From NCBI GenBank assembly GCA_001899585.1, contig MKWE01000021.1:2388-66387 (forward strand): 64,000 nt of DNA. The letters run 5' to 3'. Shown piece after piece: positions 19,958 through 29,485 of the stretch (position 1 is its first letter; every line of letters starts with the position of its first letter). The notes beneath the pieces are model-generated. The model searched no databases and was not told where the DNA came from. It saw nothing but the letters and a program-made list of their open reading frames with translations. This DNA comes from Rhodospirillales bacterium 70-18 (lineage in GTDB: Bacteria > Pseudomonadota > Alphaproteobacteria > Acetobacterales > Acetobacteraceae). The position numbers and the translations under genes were made by a program.

Positions 19958-20677
19958 ATGACGGAAGGCCTGTCCAGCCTGGCCCGCCCGCTGGTGCTTG
20001 TGGTGGAGGACGAGGCCGCCCTGGCCACCATGCTGCGCTACAACCTGGAAAAGCAGGGCTATCGCGTCTCCGAGGCCAGCGACGGCCAGGAGGCGTTGAC
20101 CCGGATCGCCGAGGCGCCGCCCGACCTGGTGCTGCTGGACTGGATGCTGCCCACACTGTCGGGCATCGAGGTGTGCCGCCAGATCCGCCGCCGTCCGAAC
20201 ACCCGCGACCTGCCGGTGATCATGGTCACCGCCCGCACCGAGGACCAGGACGCGGTGCGCGCGCTGAACACCGGTGCGGACGACTACATCACCAAGCCGT
20301 TCAACATGGACAGCCTGCTGGCGCGCATCCGCGCCCTGCTGCGCCGCGCCAGCACGGTGCCGACCAAGGGGCGGCTGGCATTCCACGACATCACGATGGA
20401 CCTGGCCGCCCACCGCGTGCAGCGCGACGGCAAGCCGGTCCATCTGGGCCCCACCGAATTCCGCCTGCTGGAGTTCTTCATGCAACACCCCGGCCGGGTG
20501 TTCTCGCGCGAGGAGTTGCTGGACGCGGTGTGGGGGCCGGACATCCATGTGGAGCCGCGCACGGTGGACGTGCATATCCGCCGGCTGCGCAAGTCGATCA
20601 ACGGCGAGGGCGAGTTGCTGGACGTGATCCGCACCGTGCGCGCCGCCGGCTATGCGCTGGACACGGAGGCGCTGTAG
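19958..20677 (+). CDS. phoB: phosphate regulon response regulator PhoB (OmpR family)
   Basis: Receiver domain LVLVVEDE...DLVLLDWMLP...TAR...KPF plus a winged-helix output ...LGPTEFRLLEFFM...TVDVHIRRLRK. The start at 19958 is preferred; 19919 is also in frame. Confidence 0.9.
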   Translation: MTEGLSSLARPLVLVVEDEAALATMLRYNLEKQGYRVSEASDGQEALTRIAEAPPDLVLLDWMLPTLSGIEVCRQIRRRPNTRDLPVIMVTARTEDQDAVRALNTGADDYITKPFNMDSLLARIRALLRRASTVPTKGRLAFHDITMDLAAHRVQRDGKPVHLGPTEFRLLEFFMQHPGRVFSREELLDAVWGPDIHVEPRTVDVHIRRLRKSINGEGELLDVIRTVRAAGYALDTEAL

Positions 20678-20692
20678 CGATACGTCGGCGGG

Positions 20693-21364
20693 ATGTCGCG
20701 CTTCCAGATTGTCATCATCCCGGTCACCCTCTTCCGCCAGAACTGCACCCTGATCTGGGAGACCGACAGCAAGGCCTGCGCCGTGGTCGATCCTGGCGGC
20801 GAGCCGGGGCGCATCCTGGACACCATCGCCAACCTCGGCCTGCGGGTCGAGAAGATCCTGCTGACCCATGGCCACCTGGACCATGCCGGCGGCGCGCTGG
20901 CGCTGAAGGGCGTGCTGGACGAGGCGCGGACGGCGGCCGGCGAGGCGCCGGTGCCGATCCTCGGCCCGGACGAGCGCGACCGCTTCCTGCTGGAACGCAT
21001 CGAGGAGGACGCCCTGCAATTCGGCTTCACCGGGCTGCGCAACGTGCTGCCCGACCAGTGGCTGCACGAGGGCGACGTGGTGGAACTGGGCGCGCTGCGG
21101 TTCGAGGTGCTGCACTGCCCCGGCCATACACCGGGCCATATCGTGTTCGTGGAGAAGGCCGAGCGCTTCGCCCTGGTCGGCGACGTGCTGTTCCACGGCT
21201 CGGTCGGGCGCTGCGATTTCCCCTATGGCGACCCGGTGGCACTGCGCGCCGCCATCCTGGGCAAGCTGCTGCCGCTGGGCGACGACATCGCCTTCATCTG
21301 CGGCCATGGCGGCGGCTCCACCTTCGGCGCCGAGAGGCGAAGCAATCCGTTCCTGCAGGACTGA
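20693..21364 (+). CDS. MBL-fold metallo-hydrolase (glyoxalase II-like)
   Basis: LLTHGHLDHAGGA, ...HCPGHTPGH..., ...GD.LF.GS.GR.DF. Confidence 0.85.
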   Translation: MSRFQIVIIPVTLFRQNCTLIWETDSKACAVVDPGGEPGRILDTIANLGLRVEKILLTHGHLDHAGGALALKGVLDEARTAAGEAPVPILGPDERDRFLLERIEEDALQFGFTGLRNVLPDQWLHEGDVVELGALRFEVLHCPGHTPGHIVFVEKAERFALVGDVLFHGSVGRCDFPYGDPVALRAAILGKLLPLGDDIAFICGHGGGSTFGAERRSNPFLQD

Positions 21365-21390
21365 GCCCGCCACCCGGAGGAGACGCCCGC

Positions 21391-22653
21391 ATGCACCGCG
21401 AACCGCTGATCATGGTCTGCACCTGCGAGATCGCGGGGCGGGTGCGCGGCAAGGGCTTCCCGGCGCGCGAACTGCCGCAGCGGCTGGTCAAGGGCGTCGG
21501 CTGGGTGCCCACCAACACCATGATCTCGGCCTTCGGCACCATCCCGGCCACCCCGTTCGGCACCGGCGGCGACCTGATCCTGGTGCCCGACCCGACCACC
21601 GAGGTGAAGGTGGATTTCGAGGACGGTTCGGCGGGCGAGCATTTCTTCCTGGGCGACCTGCGCCACCTGAACGGCCAGCCGTGGGAGTGCTGCCCGCGCG
21701 ACCTGCTGCGCCGGGCGCTGGCGGCCCTGCACGACGCCGCCCGCGTCACCCTGGTGTCGGCCTTCGAGCATGAATTCGTCTACACCGGCGTCGAGGACCA
21801 GCCCGGCAGCCCGTATTCGCTGGACGCCATGCGCCGGCAGGGCGTGTTCGCCGAGGCGCTGGTGGCCGCCCTGCGCGCCGCCGGCACCGAGCCGGACAGC
21901 TTCATGGCCGAGTTCGGCGCCCAGCAGTTCGAGGTGACCAACGAGGCGGCGGGCGGCATGCGCTCGGCCGACCGTGCCGTGGTGGTGCGCGAGATGGTGC
22001 GCGCCACCGCCCACCGGCTAGGCCAGCGCGCCATCTTCGCGCCGATCCTGGACCCGGAGGGGGTGGGCAACGGCGTGCATATCCATTTCAGCTTCCGCGA
22101 CGCCGAGGGCGGGCCGGCGTTGTACGACCCGTCGGGGCCGTTCGGTCTGTCAGTCATCGGGCGACAGTTCGCCGCCGGCATCCTGCACCACATGCCGGCG
22201 CTGTGCGCGATCACCGCGCCCTCGGTCGTTTCGTATATCCGGCTGCGGCCGAACCGCTGGGCGCCGACTCATGCCACGCTGCAGCAGCAGGACCGCGGCG
22301 CCGCGCTGCGCGTCTGCCCGGTGCTGGCGCTGCCGGGGCTGGACCCGACCCGCCAGTTCAACCTGGAATACCGGGTGGCCGACGCCGCCGCGAGCCCCTA
22401 CCTGGCGCTGGGCGCGCTGGTCTGGGCCGGGGTGGACGGCATCCGCCGCAAGCTCGACCTTCCCGCCGAAGGCCCGCCGCTGCCGGCCACGCTGGGCGCC
22501 GCGCTGGACGCGCTGGAGGCGGACACGCAGGCCCGTGGCTGGTTCGGCGAGACCTATCTGGGCGCCTACCTGCAGCACAAGCGCGGCGAGCTGGCGGAGA
22601 TGGCGGGGCTGGACGAGGCGGCGCAATGCGCCCGCTACGCCCTCACCTACTGA
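21391..22653 (+). CDS. glutamine synthetase family protein (GS-like gamma-glutamyl ligase; substrate unknown)
   Basis: GGAGGA RBS. ...FEHEFVY..., ...EFGAQQFEVT..., ...NGVHIHFS..., ...YIRLRPNRWAP..., ...EYRVADAAASPYLALGALV. C-terminal part of track ORF 20173..22653. Confidence 0.8.
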   Translation: MHREPLIMVCTCEIAGRVRGKGFPARELPQRLVKGVGWVPTNTMISAFGTIPATPFGTGGDLILVPDPTTEVKVDFEDGSAGEHFFLGDLRHLNGQPWECCPRDLLRRALAALHDAARVTLVSAFEHEFVYTGVEDQPGSPYSLDAMRRQGVFAEALVAALRAAGTEPDSFMAEFGAQQFEVTNEAAGGMRSADRAVVVREMVRATAHRLGQRAIFAPILDPEGVGNGVHIHFSFRDAEGGPALYDPSGPFGLSVIGRQFAAGILHHMPALCAITAPSVVSYIRLRPNRWAPTHATLQQQDRGAALRVCPVLALPGLDPTRQFNLEYRVADAAASPYLALGALVWAGVDGIRRKLDLPAEGPPLPATLGAALDALEADTQARGWFGETYLGAYLQHKRGELAEMAGLDEAAQCARYALTY

Positions 22654-23272
22654 GCAGGTCCAGCAGCGCCTCGGTTCCCAGCATCCGGCAATAGCCGGCG
22701 AAGCATTGCAGCGCCGCCGCGTGCCGCGCCTCGGTGTCGGCCATGCAGGCATCGGGGAGGCAGGTGACGTAGTAGCCGCGATCCGCCCCGTCCTTCACCG
22801 TGTGGTCGATGCACTGGTCGGTCAGGAAGCCGGTGACGATCAGGTCCTCGATGCCGATGTTGCGCAGCAGGTAGTCGAGGTTGGTGGAGTTGAACAGGCT
22901 GGACGAGGTTTTCGGGATCACCATCTCGTCCTCGCCCGGCGCCACCGCCGCCAGCACGCGCGCCTCCCACGAGCCGCGGGCGATGAAGATGTCGGAGAGC
23001 TTGTAGTCCAGGCTGCGGTCGCGCCCGTCGGCGGTGGCGTTCTCCATCACGGTGTAGATCACCTCCACCCCCGCCTGGCGGCAGGCGGCGATCAGGCGGG
23101 CGATGTTGGGGATCACGCGGGTGGCGGCGGCGTGGTGGAATTCAGGGCGGATCGCCTGCTGCGCCGCGTTGAAGGTGCCGTTCTGCACGTCAACCACCAG
23201 CAGCGCCGCCCGCCCGGCGCGGATCGGCCGGTCGCGCGTGAGTTTGGCCGCGTCGCCTTGCTTGTCCGCCAT
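22643..23272 (-). CDS. isochorismatase-family cysteine hydrolase (paralog 1)
   Basis: MADKQGD...ALLVVDVQN...IPKTSSSLF...VTGFLTDQCI (D-K-C triad). Start reset to 23272 inside track ORF 22643..23761. Confidence 0.85.
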   Translation of the reverse strand: MADKQGDAAKLTRDRPIRAGRAALLVVDVQNGTFNAAQQAIRPEFHHAAATRVIPNIARLIAACRQAGVEVIYTVMENATADGRDRSLDYKLSDIFIARGSWEARVLAAVAPGEDEMVIPKTSSSLFNSTNLDYLLRNIGIEDLIVTGFLTDQCIDHTVKDGADRGYYVTCLPDACMADTEARHAAALQCFAGYCRMLGTEALLDLLSR

Positions 23273-23314
23273 CGCGCTCTCCTGCACAGTGCCGGCCTCA
23301 GCATAGCGGAAACC

Positions 23315-23965
23315 ATGATGACGCACCCCACCACGCGCGATGTTCCGGTCGTGCCCGCCCATACCACGCTGCTGTTCGTGGACGTGCAGAACTACTGCGC
23401 CCGCCCGGACGGTGCCGAGTTCGCCGCCATGTCGCCCGAGGCGCGCGAGGCCAGGCTGGGCTGGTTCTTCCGCGAGATGGAGGCCCGCGTGCTGCCCAAC
23501 ATGCAGCGCCTGCAGGCCGGCTGCCGCGCCGCCGGGATCGAGGTGATGTACACGCTGATCCGCAACCTCACCCGCGACGGGCGGGACCGCAGCCTGGACT
23601 ACAAGATCACCGGCTTCAGCGTGCCGCCGGATTCGTGGGACGGCCAGGTGCTGGACGCGATCGCCCCCGGCCCGGACGAGATCGTCATCCCCAAGACCTC
23701 CTCCAACGTGTTCGTCTCCACCAATATCGACTACGTGCTGCGCAACCTGGGCACCCGCCATCTGGTGATCTCGGGCATCGTCACCGACCAGTGCGTGGAC
23801 GGCGCGGTGCGCACCGCCTGCGACCTCGGCTACCTAGTCACTCTGGTCACCGACGCTTGCGCCACCTACAGCCAGGAGCGGCACGACGCGACGCTGCGCG
23901 CCAACCAGGGCTATTGCCGCCAGCGCACCACCGAGGCGTTCCTGGCCGAGATCGCCGGCGGGTAG
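23315..23965 (+). CDS. isochorismatase-family cysteine hydrolase (paralog 2)
   Basis: MMTHPTTRD...LLFVDVQN...IPKTSSNVF...ISGIVTDQCV. Shares DGRDRSLDYK and the surrounding blocks with paralog 1. Confidence 0.85.
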   Translation: MMTHPTTRDVPVVPAHTTLLFVDVQNYCARPDGAEFAAMSPEAREARLGWFFREMEARVLPNMQRLQAGCRAAGIEVMYTLIRNLTRDGRDRSLDYKITGFSVPPDSWDGQVLDAIAPGPDEIVIPKTSSNVFVSTNIDYVLRNLGTRHLVISGIVTDQCVDGAVRTACDLGYLVTLVTDACATYSQERHDATLRANQGYCRQRTTEAFLAEIAGG

Positions 23966-24084
23966 GGCACGACCGCGCTGGCGCGGGCATCGACACTTCT
24001 TTACGCTTCGGCGAGCCCACATGCGGCCGGCCAGCCTGTGCCGGCCGTCGGACCGGGGCGCGACGCAAGGCGGTGTGAGCGAGC

Positions 24085-26100
24085 ATGTCCGGCGAGCAGC
24101 TTGCCGAAACCCTGGCCCGGCAGGCGCATCAGGCCGCCGGCCACGACTGGCCACGCGCGGCGGCGCTGGCGGCCGAGTTGCGCGGCCGGTTCCCGGACCA
24201 CCCGGCCGGCTACCAGATCGGCTCGGCCGCCGCGCGGGAGCTGCGGCGGTTCGACGACGCGGCGCTTTTGCTCACCGACGCCACGGCGCGCTTCCCGCGC
24301 CAGGCATGGCCGCTGGTGGAAGCGGCGTGGACCGCCAGGGCACGCGGCGACCTGGACCAGGCCGCGCGGCTGGCCGCCGAGTTGCGCGAGCGGTTCGAGA
24401 CCCTCCCCGCCGGCTACCAGATGGGCGCCGCCGCCGCCCGCCAGCTGGGGCGCCTGGACGAGGCGGCGGCAATCCTCGCCGAGGGTGCGGCGCGCTTCCC
24501 GACGCATCCCTGGGCGCTTGCCGAAGCCGCCCTGACCGCCAGGGCGCGCGGCGAAACCGAAGCCGCGACCCGCCTGGCGGCCGAATTGCGCGATCGCTTC
24601 CCCGCCGATCCCAATGGTTACCACATCGGTTCAGCCACCGCGCGCGACCGCCAGGACTTCGATGCCGCCGTCGCCATCCTCGCCGAGGCGGCGCAGCGCT
24701 TTCCGGCCGCGCCATGGCCGGTGGTCGAAGCAGCCTGGATCGCCCGCGCACGCGGCGACGCCGTGGCGGCAATCCGCCTGGCCACCGAGTTGCGGGACCG
24801 TTTCGCCGATCTTGCCGCCGGATACCAGATCGGCGCGGCGGCCGCCCGCGAGGCCCTGCGGTTCGACGACGCGGCCGCCATCCTCGCGGCGGCGATGGCA
24901 CGGTTTCCCGACGAGTCCTGGCCGCTGGACGGGGCGGCCAAGACCGAAGCGGCGCGTGGCGACATCGCGGCGGCACTGCGTCTGGCCGCCGAGCAGCGCC
25001 GCCGCTTTCCGGACGAGCCGGAGGGCTATCAGACCGGCGCCACGCTGCTGCGCCGGGCCGGCCAGTTGGACGAGGCCGAGGCGCTGATGCGTGCCGCCGC
25101 CGCCCGCTTCCCGACCGAGGCATGGCCGGCCCGCGAGGCCGCGGCGCTCGCCCGGCTGCGCGCCGACCGCACCGAGGCGGCCCATCTGGCGACGGCGTTG
25201 CGCGGCGCCGCCCCCGCTCTGATCGCCGCCGCCACCTGGCCGGCACGCGAGCGCGTCGTCGTCGTGGTCGGCATGCACCGGGCCGGCACATCGCTGTGCA
25301 CGCGCATCGTGCAGCATCTCGGCGTGGCGCTCGGCGGCCCGCTGATGCCGCCCGCGGCCGACAACCCGGACGGCTACCAGGAGCTGGTGCCGATCGTCGA
25401 TTGCCACGAGATGCTGCTCGACGCGCTGGGCGCCCGGTGGGACACGCTGCACCTGCTCCAGCCCGTGCCGCCCTCGTTCTGGCGCGGCGAACCGGCCGCC
25501 GCCGCGCGCGGCCGGCTGAAGCGGATCGTCGCGGAGCAGGTCGCGGCGGCCGGCGGCGCCTGGGCCTTCAAGGACCCCCGCACCGCCCGCTTCCTGCCGC
25601 TGTGGCGGCAGGTGTTCGAGGAACTGGGCATCCAGCCGGTCTGGCTGCTGTCGGTCCGCGATCCGCGCGCCATCGCCGCCTCGCTGCTGGCGCGGGACGG
25701 CATTCCCGCCCCGGTCGGCGCGCTGCTATGGGTGGAGCACTACCTGGACGCGCTGCGCCATCTCGGCCCGGACATCGCCGGGATCGTCCATTACGAACAC
25801 TGGTTCACCGCGCCGGAGTCCCAGGTCGCGCGGCTCGCCGGACTGCTCGGGGACGCGCCAGCCGAAGCGGTGGAAGCCGCCCGGGGCGCCATCCGAGCTG
25901 ATCTGCGCCACAACGCCCCGGCCGGTGACGCGCCCGATGCCCAGCCCGACGGGGCCTCGGACCTCGCGCGTCACCTCCATGCCTGGCTGCTGGCCGCGCC
26001 GCCTGATCTCGCGCGGCTGCAACGGCAGGCCGCCCGGCTGTGGCCCGCCATCACGGCACTGGCCTGCTCGCGCCCGCCCGAGCGCGCGCCGCCGCCCTGA
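24085..26100 (+). CDS. fusion protein: five 68-aa TPR-like helical repeats plus a C-terminal PAPS-type sulfotransferase domain
   Basis: ELRxRF recurs at aa 31, 99, 167, 235 and 303. The C-terminal part has a 5'-PSB-like VVVVGMHRAGTS and a 3'-PB-like SVRDPRAIAAS. Confidence 0.8.
   Translation: MSGEQLAETLARQAHQAAGHDWPRAAALAAELRGRFPDHPAGYQIGSAAARELRRFDDAALLLTDATARFPRQAWPLVEAAWTARARGDLDQAARLAAELRERFETLPAGYQMGAAAARQLGRLDEAAAILAEGAARFPTHPWALAEAALTARARGETEAATRLAAELRDRFPADPNGYHIGSATARDRQDFDAAVAILAEAAQRFPAAPWPVVEAAWIARARGDAVAAIRLATELRDRFADLAAGYQIGAAAAREALRFDDAAAILAAAMARFPDESWPLDGAAKTEAARGDIAAALRLAAEQRRRFPDEPEGYQTGATLLRRAGQLDEAEALMRAAAARFPTEAWPAREAAALARLRADRTEAAHLATALRGAAPALIAAATWPARERVVVVVGMHRAGTSLCTRIVQHLGVALGGPLMPPAADNPDGYQELVPIVDCHEMLLDALGARWDTLHLLQPVPPSFWRGEPAAAARGRLKRIVAEQVAAAGGAWAFKDPRTARFLPLWRQVFEELGIQPVWLLSVRDPRAIAASLLARDGIPAPVGALLWVEHYLDALRHLGPDIAGIVHYEHWFTAPESQVARLAGLLGDAPAEAVEAARGAIRADLRHNAPAGDAPDAQPDGASDLARHLHAWLLAAPPDLARLQRQAARLWPAITALACSRPPERAPPP
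24130..25152 (+). repeat. five tandem, diverged 204-bp coding repeats
   Basis: Exact 68-codon periodicity of ARARGD..A.RLAAELR.RFP..P.GYQIGAAAAR.L.RFDDAAAIL..A.ARFP...WP..EAAW. Confidence 0.85.
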
Positions 26101-26109
26101 AACGGCGCC

Positions 26110-27315
26110 TCAGCCGGCCAGGCCGGCCACCGCCAGAATCGCCGTCAGGCTGGCCGCCATGCCGCGCACGCTCGGCGCGCGGTCCACGTCGATCCATTCC
26201 TCCAGCGAATGCGCCCGCCCGCCGCTGCCGCCGGAGCCGATCTTGATCGCCGGGATGCCCAGCGCCATCGGGATGTTGGCGTCCGTGGAGGAGGCGACGT
26301 GCTTCGGCGCGAAGCCGTGCGCGGTGATCGCCGCGGTGGCCAGCCGCACGATCTCGCTGTCCATCGCCGTGCCGCCGGCCGGGCGGTCGCCGATCAGCGC
26401 CGTCTCGGCGGTGATTTCGCCCTGGGCGATGGAGCGGGCATGGTTCTCCCCCGCCACCGCATAGGCGACGATGGCGTGGAACCGCGCCTCCAGCCGCGCC
26501 AGCTCGGCCGGCGATTCGGAGCGCAAATCGATCTCCATCCAGCACTCATTCGGGATGGCGTTCACCGAGGTGCCACCGCCCGCCACGCTGGCGCTATAGG
26601 TGGTCCTGGGTTTCGCCGGCACCTGCACGCGCGCCAGTTCCACCATCGCCTGCGCCATGGCGTTCATCGGGCTGACCAGCCCGAAGGCGCCGAAACTGTG
26701 CCCGCCCGGCCCGCGGAAGGTCACCCGGTAGCGCTTGGAGCCCACGCCGCCGACCGCGATATTGTCCATCTCCGGGCTGTCGACGGTGAAGAACGCCTTG
26801 ATGCGGTCCTTGTACTTGCCCTCGTGGAACAGGTGCCGCACGCCGCGCAGGTCGCCCAGCCCCTCCTCGCCCACATCGCCCACGAACAATATGTCGCTCT
26901 GCGTGCGGATGCCGGCCGCGTCCATGGCGCGGATGAAGGCCAGCAGCACGGCCAGGCTGCGGGTGTCGTCGCCCACGCCGGGGGCGAACAGCTTGGTCCC
27001 CTCGCGCCGAACCTTCACGTTGGTGCCAGCGGGGAACACCGTGTCCAGATGCGCCGCCACCACGATCATCGGCCCGTTGCCCGAGCCGCGGCGCAGGCCC
27101 ATCACATTGCCGATGCCGTCCTGCTCCACATCCTCCAGCCCATGCGCGCGCAGCATCTCCAGATAGGCGGCCGCGCGCACATGCTCGCCGAATGGCGGCG
27201 ACTCGATCTCGGTCAGCCGGATGATGTCCTCCACCGTGCGGTCGTGCTCGGCGTCCATCACCTCCACCGCCTGGCGATAGGCGGGGCTGGCCATGATCTC
27301 GGCAATCTCGGTCAT
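26110..27315 (-). CDS. M20/M25/M40 family metallopeptidase (tripeptidase/PepT-like)
   Basis: Start reset to MTEIAEIMASPAY at 27315. ...AAHLDTVFP...GVGDDTRSLA...GDVGEEGLGDLRG... Confidence 0.85.
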   Translation of the reverse strand: MTEIAEIMASPAYRQAVEVMDAEHDRTVEDIIRLTEIESPPFGEHVRAAAYLEMLRAHGLEDVEQDGIGNVMGLRRGSGNGPMIVVAAHLDTVFPAGTNVKVRREGTKLFAPGVGDDTRSLAVLLAFIRAMDAAGIRTQSDILFVGDVGEEGLGDLRGVRHLFHEGKYKDRIKAFFTVDSPEMDNIAVGGVGSKRYRVTFRGPGGHSFGAFGLVSPMNAMAQAMVELARVQVPAKPRTTYSASVAGGGTSVNAIPNECWMEIDLRSESPAELARLEARFHAIVAYAVAGENHARSIAQGEITAETALIGDRPAGGTAMDSEIVRLATAAITAHGFAPKHVASSTDANIPMALGIPAIKIGSGGSGGRAHSLEEWIDVDRAPSVRGMAASLTAILAVAGLAG

Positions 27316-27409
27316 CGTCGCGGGTCCTGTGCGGTGCTTCTGCCCCACTATACCGGCCGGGCGCGAAGTTGCCCCATCGGGAGAAGCAAGGCTGGCCCTC
27401 GCCGCGCCA

Positions 27410-28177
27410 TCAGCGGGCGATATAGCCGCCGTCGATGACCATCTCGCTGCCGGTGACGAATTTCGACTCGTCGGAGGCGAGATACAGGATGCCGTAGGCG
27501 ATATCGTCCGGCTCGCCGACATGGCCGATCGGGTGCAGTGCATCCAGGCTCCGGCGGAAGGCGTCCACCCCCTCCGGCGACTGCCGGCCGAGCGCCTCGA
27601 CCAGCGGCGTCCAGATGAAGCCGGGATGCACCGAATTCACCCGAATACGGTCCTTGGCATAGATCAGCGCATCATTCTTGGTCATCAGCCGCACCGCGCC
27701 CTTGGAGGCGTGGTAGGCCGGGATGTCGCCTGCCCCGATGAGGCCGTAGATCGACGACAGGTTGACGATGCTGCCGCCGCCGTTGCGCTGCATGTGGGGA
27801 ATGGCGTGCTTGGTGCAGAGGAACACCCCCTTCACGTTCACATTCATCACCCGGTCCCACTCCGCCACGGTCAGCTCATGGGTCGGCTTGTCCGCGCCGG
27901 CGATGCCGGCATTGTTGACCAGCACGTCCAGCTTGCCGAATTCGGCCACCACGCCAGCCAGCACCGTGGCCACCGCCACTTCGTCGGTGGTGTCCAGCCG
28001 CCAGACCTTCGCCACCCCGCCGGCGGCGCGGATCGCCTCGACGACCGCCTCGCCGGCCGGGTCGATATCGGTCACCGCGACCTTGGCGCCGTGCTCGGCC
28101 AACTTCATGGCGGTGGCGCGGCCAATGCCCATGGCCGCGCCGGTCACCACGGCAACCTTGTCCTGAACCCGCTTCAT
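27410..28177 (-). CDS. SDR family oxidoreductase (classical short-chain dehydrogenase)
   Basis: Start reset to MKRVQDKVAVVTGAAMGIGRA at 28177. NNAG, ...SSIYG...YHASKGAV... Confidence 0.88.
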   Translation of the reverse strand: MKRVQDKVAVVTGAAMGIGRATAMKLAEHGAKVAVTDIDPAGEAVVEAIRAAGGVAKVWRLDTTDEVAVATVLAGVVAEFGKLDVLVNNAGIAGADKPTHELTVAEWDRVMNVNVKGVFLCTKHAIPHMQRNGGGSIVNLSSIYGLIGAGDIPAYHASKGAVRLMTKNDALIYAKDRIRVNSVHPGFIWTPLVEALGRQSPEGVDAFRRSLDALHPIGHVGEPDDIAYGILYLASDESKFVTGSEMVIDGGYIAR

Positions 28178-28257
28178 GGCAGATATCCCTTGCGCCGATG
28201 CGGCCGGGCACAGGCCCTGCACCCGGTGCACCCTAGCCGCGATACACGGATGGCACG

Positions 28258-28271
28258 TTGATCCTGGTCAA
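28258..28271. promoter_or_regulatory. FNR/FixK-type box candidate (TTGATCCTGGTCAA)
   Basis: 9 of 10 matches to TTGAT-N4-ATCAA, centred about 87 bp upstream of the SDR start codon. Confidence 0.35.
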
Positions 28272-28295
28272 TCCGCGCCGTGGCGCCGGCGGCCG

Positions 28296-29474
28296 CTACC
28301 GGCTCAGCTCGCGGGTCATCTCGTCGATGCCGCCCAGGGTCAGCGGGAACATCCGGTCTTCCATCAATTCGCGGATCATCCCCACCGACATCGCGTGCGC
28401 CCAGGCGCGCGGCGGGCGCGGGTTGAGCCAGGCGGAGCGGCGGAAATGGCCGGTCAGCCGGCCGATCCAGGCGCTGCCCGGCTCCTCGTTCCAGTGCTCC
28501 ACGCTGCCGCCGGCATGGCTGACCTCATAGGGGCTCATCGAGGCGTCGCCGACGAAGATCGCCTTGTAGTCCGGCCCATAGGTGCGCAGCACCTCCAGCG
28601 TCGGCACCAGGTTGTCGCGCCGCCGCCGGTTGGTCTTCCACAGATACTCGTAGGGGCAATTATGGAAGTAGAAGTATTCCAGGTGCTTGAACTCGCCGCG
28701 CGCCGCCGAGAACAGCTCCTCGCAAACCCGCACATGCTCGTCCATCGAGCCGCCGATATCCAGGAACAGCAGCACCTTGATGGTATTGTGCCGCTCCGGC
28801 ACCATCTTCAGGTCCAGATGCCCGGCATTGCGCGCCGTGCTGGCGATGGTGTCGGGAATGTCCAGCTCGGTCGGCGCCCCCTGGCGGGCGAAGCGGCGCA
28901 GCCGGCGCAGCGCCAGCTTGATGTTGCGGGTGCCCAGTTCCACGCTGTCGTCCAGGTCGCGGAACTCGCGCCGGTCCCACACCTTCACCGCGCGCCCGTG
29001 CCGGCCTTCCTCCTGGCCGATCCGCACACCCTCGGGGTTGTAGCCCTGCGCGCCGAAGGGCGAGGTGCCGGCGGTGCCGATCCACTTGCTGCCGCCCTGG
29101 TGGCGCCCCTGCTGCTCGGCCAGGCGCTGGCGCAGCGTGTCCATCAGCTTCTCCAAGCCGCCCAGCGCCTCGATCTGCGCCATCTCCTCCGGCGTCAGCA
29201 GCTTCTCGGCCAGCTTGCGCAGCCATTCCTCCGGCAGTTCCTGCGGCGCCACACCCTCCGGCCGCTCCAACCCCTTGAAGCTCTCGCCGAAGATGCGATC
29301 GAACCGGTCCAGGTGGCGCTCGTCCTTCACCAGCGCCGCGCGCGCCAGAAAGTAGAAATCCTCCACGCTGTAATCGGCGACGCCCGCCTTCATCGCGCCC
29401 AGCAGCGCCAGGTATTCGGTGATCGAGGCCGGCACGCCCCCGGCCCGCAGCGCCAGGATGAAATGCGCGAACAC
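28296..29474 (-). CDS. VWA domain-containing protein (CoxE-like)
   Basis: GTG start at 29474, 12 nt after the MoxR stop. ...VLLFLDIGGSMDEH... is the MIDAS-like region. Lower part of track ORF 28296..30029. Confidence 0.82.
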   Translation of the reverse strand: MFAHFILALRAGGVPASITEYLALLGAMKAGVADYSVEDFYFLARAALVKDERHLDRFDRIFGESFKGLERPEGVAPQELPEEWLRKLAEKLLTPEEMAQIEALGGLEKLMDTLRQRLAEQQGRHQGGSKWIGTAGTSPFGAQGYNPEGVRIGQEEGRHGRAVKVWDRREFRDLDDSVELGTRNIKLALRRLRRFARQGAPTELDIPDTIASTARNAGHLDLKMVPERHNTIKVLLFLDIGGSMDEHVRVCEELFSAARGEFKHLEYFYFHNCPYEYLWKTNRRRRDNLVPTLEVLRTYGPDYKAIFVGDASMSPYEVSHAGGSVEHWNEEPGSAWIGRLTGHFRRSAWLNPRPPRAWAHAMSVGMIRELMEDRMFPLTLGGIDEMTRELSR

Positions 29475-29485
29475 CGCCGCCTCCC

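Noticed and set aside
24130-25152. Possibility that the regularly spaced 204-bp repeats are a CRISPR-like array
   Set aside because: The repeats are contiguous with no spacers, are diverged, are far longer than CRISPR repeats, and lie inside one continuous coding frame.
24021-25901. 626-aa alternate-frame ORF and several antisense ORFs across the repeat-rich sulfotransferase gene
   Set aside because: The frame starting at 24085 gives an exact 68-aa repeat periodicity and sulfotransferase motifs. The others give Arg/Pro/Gly strings.
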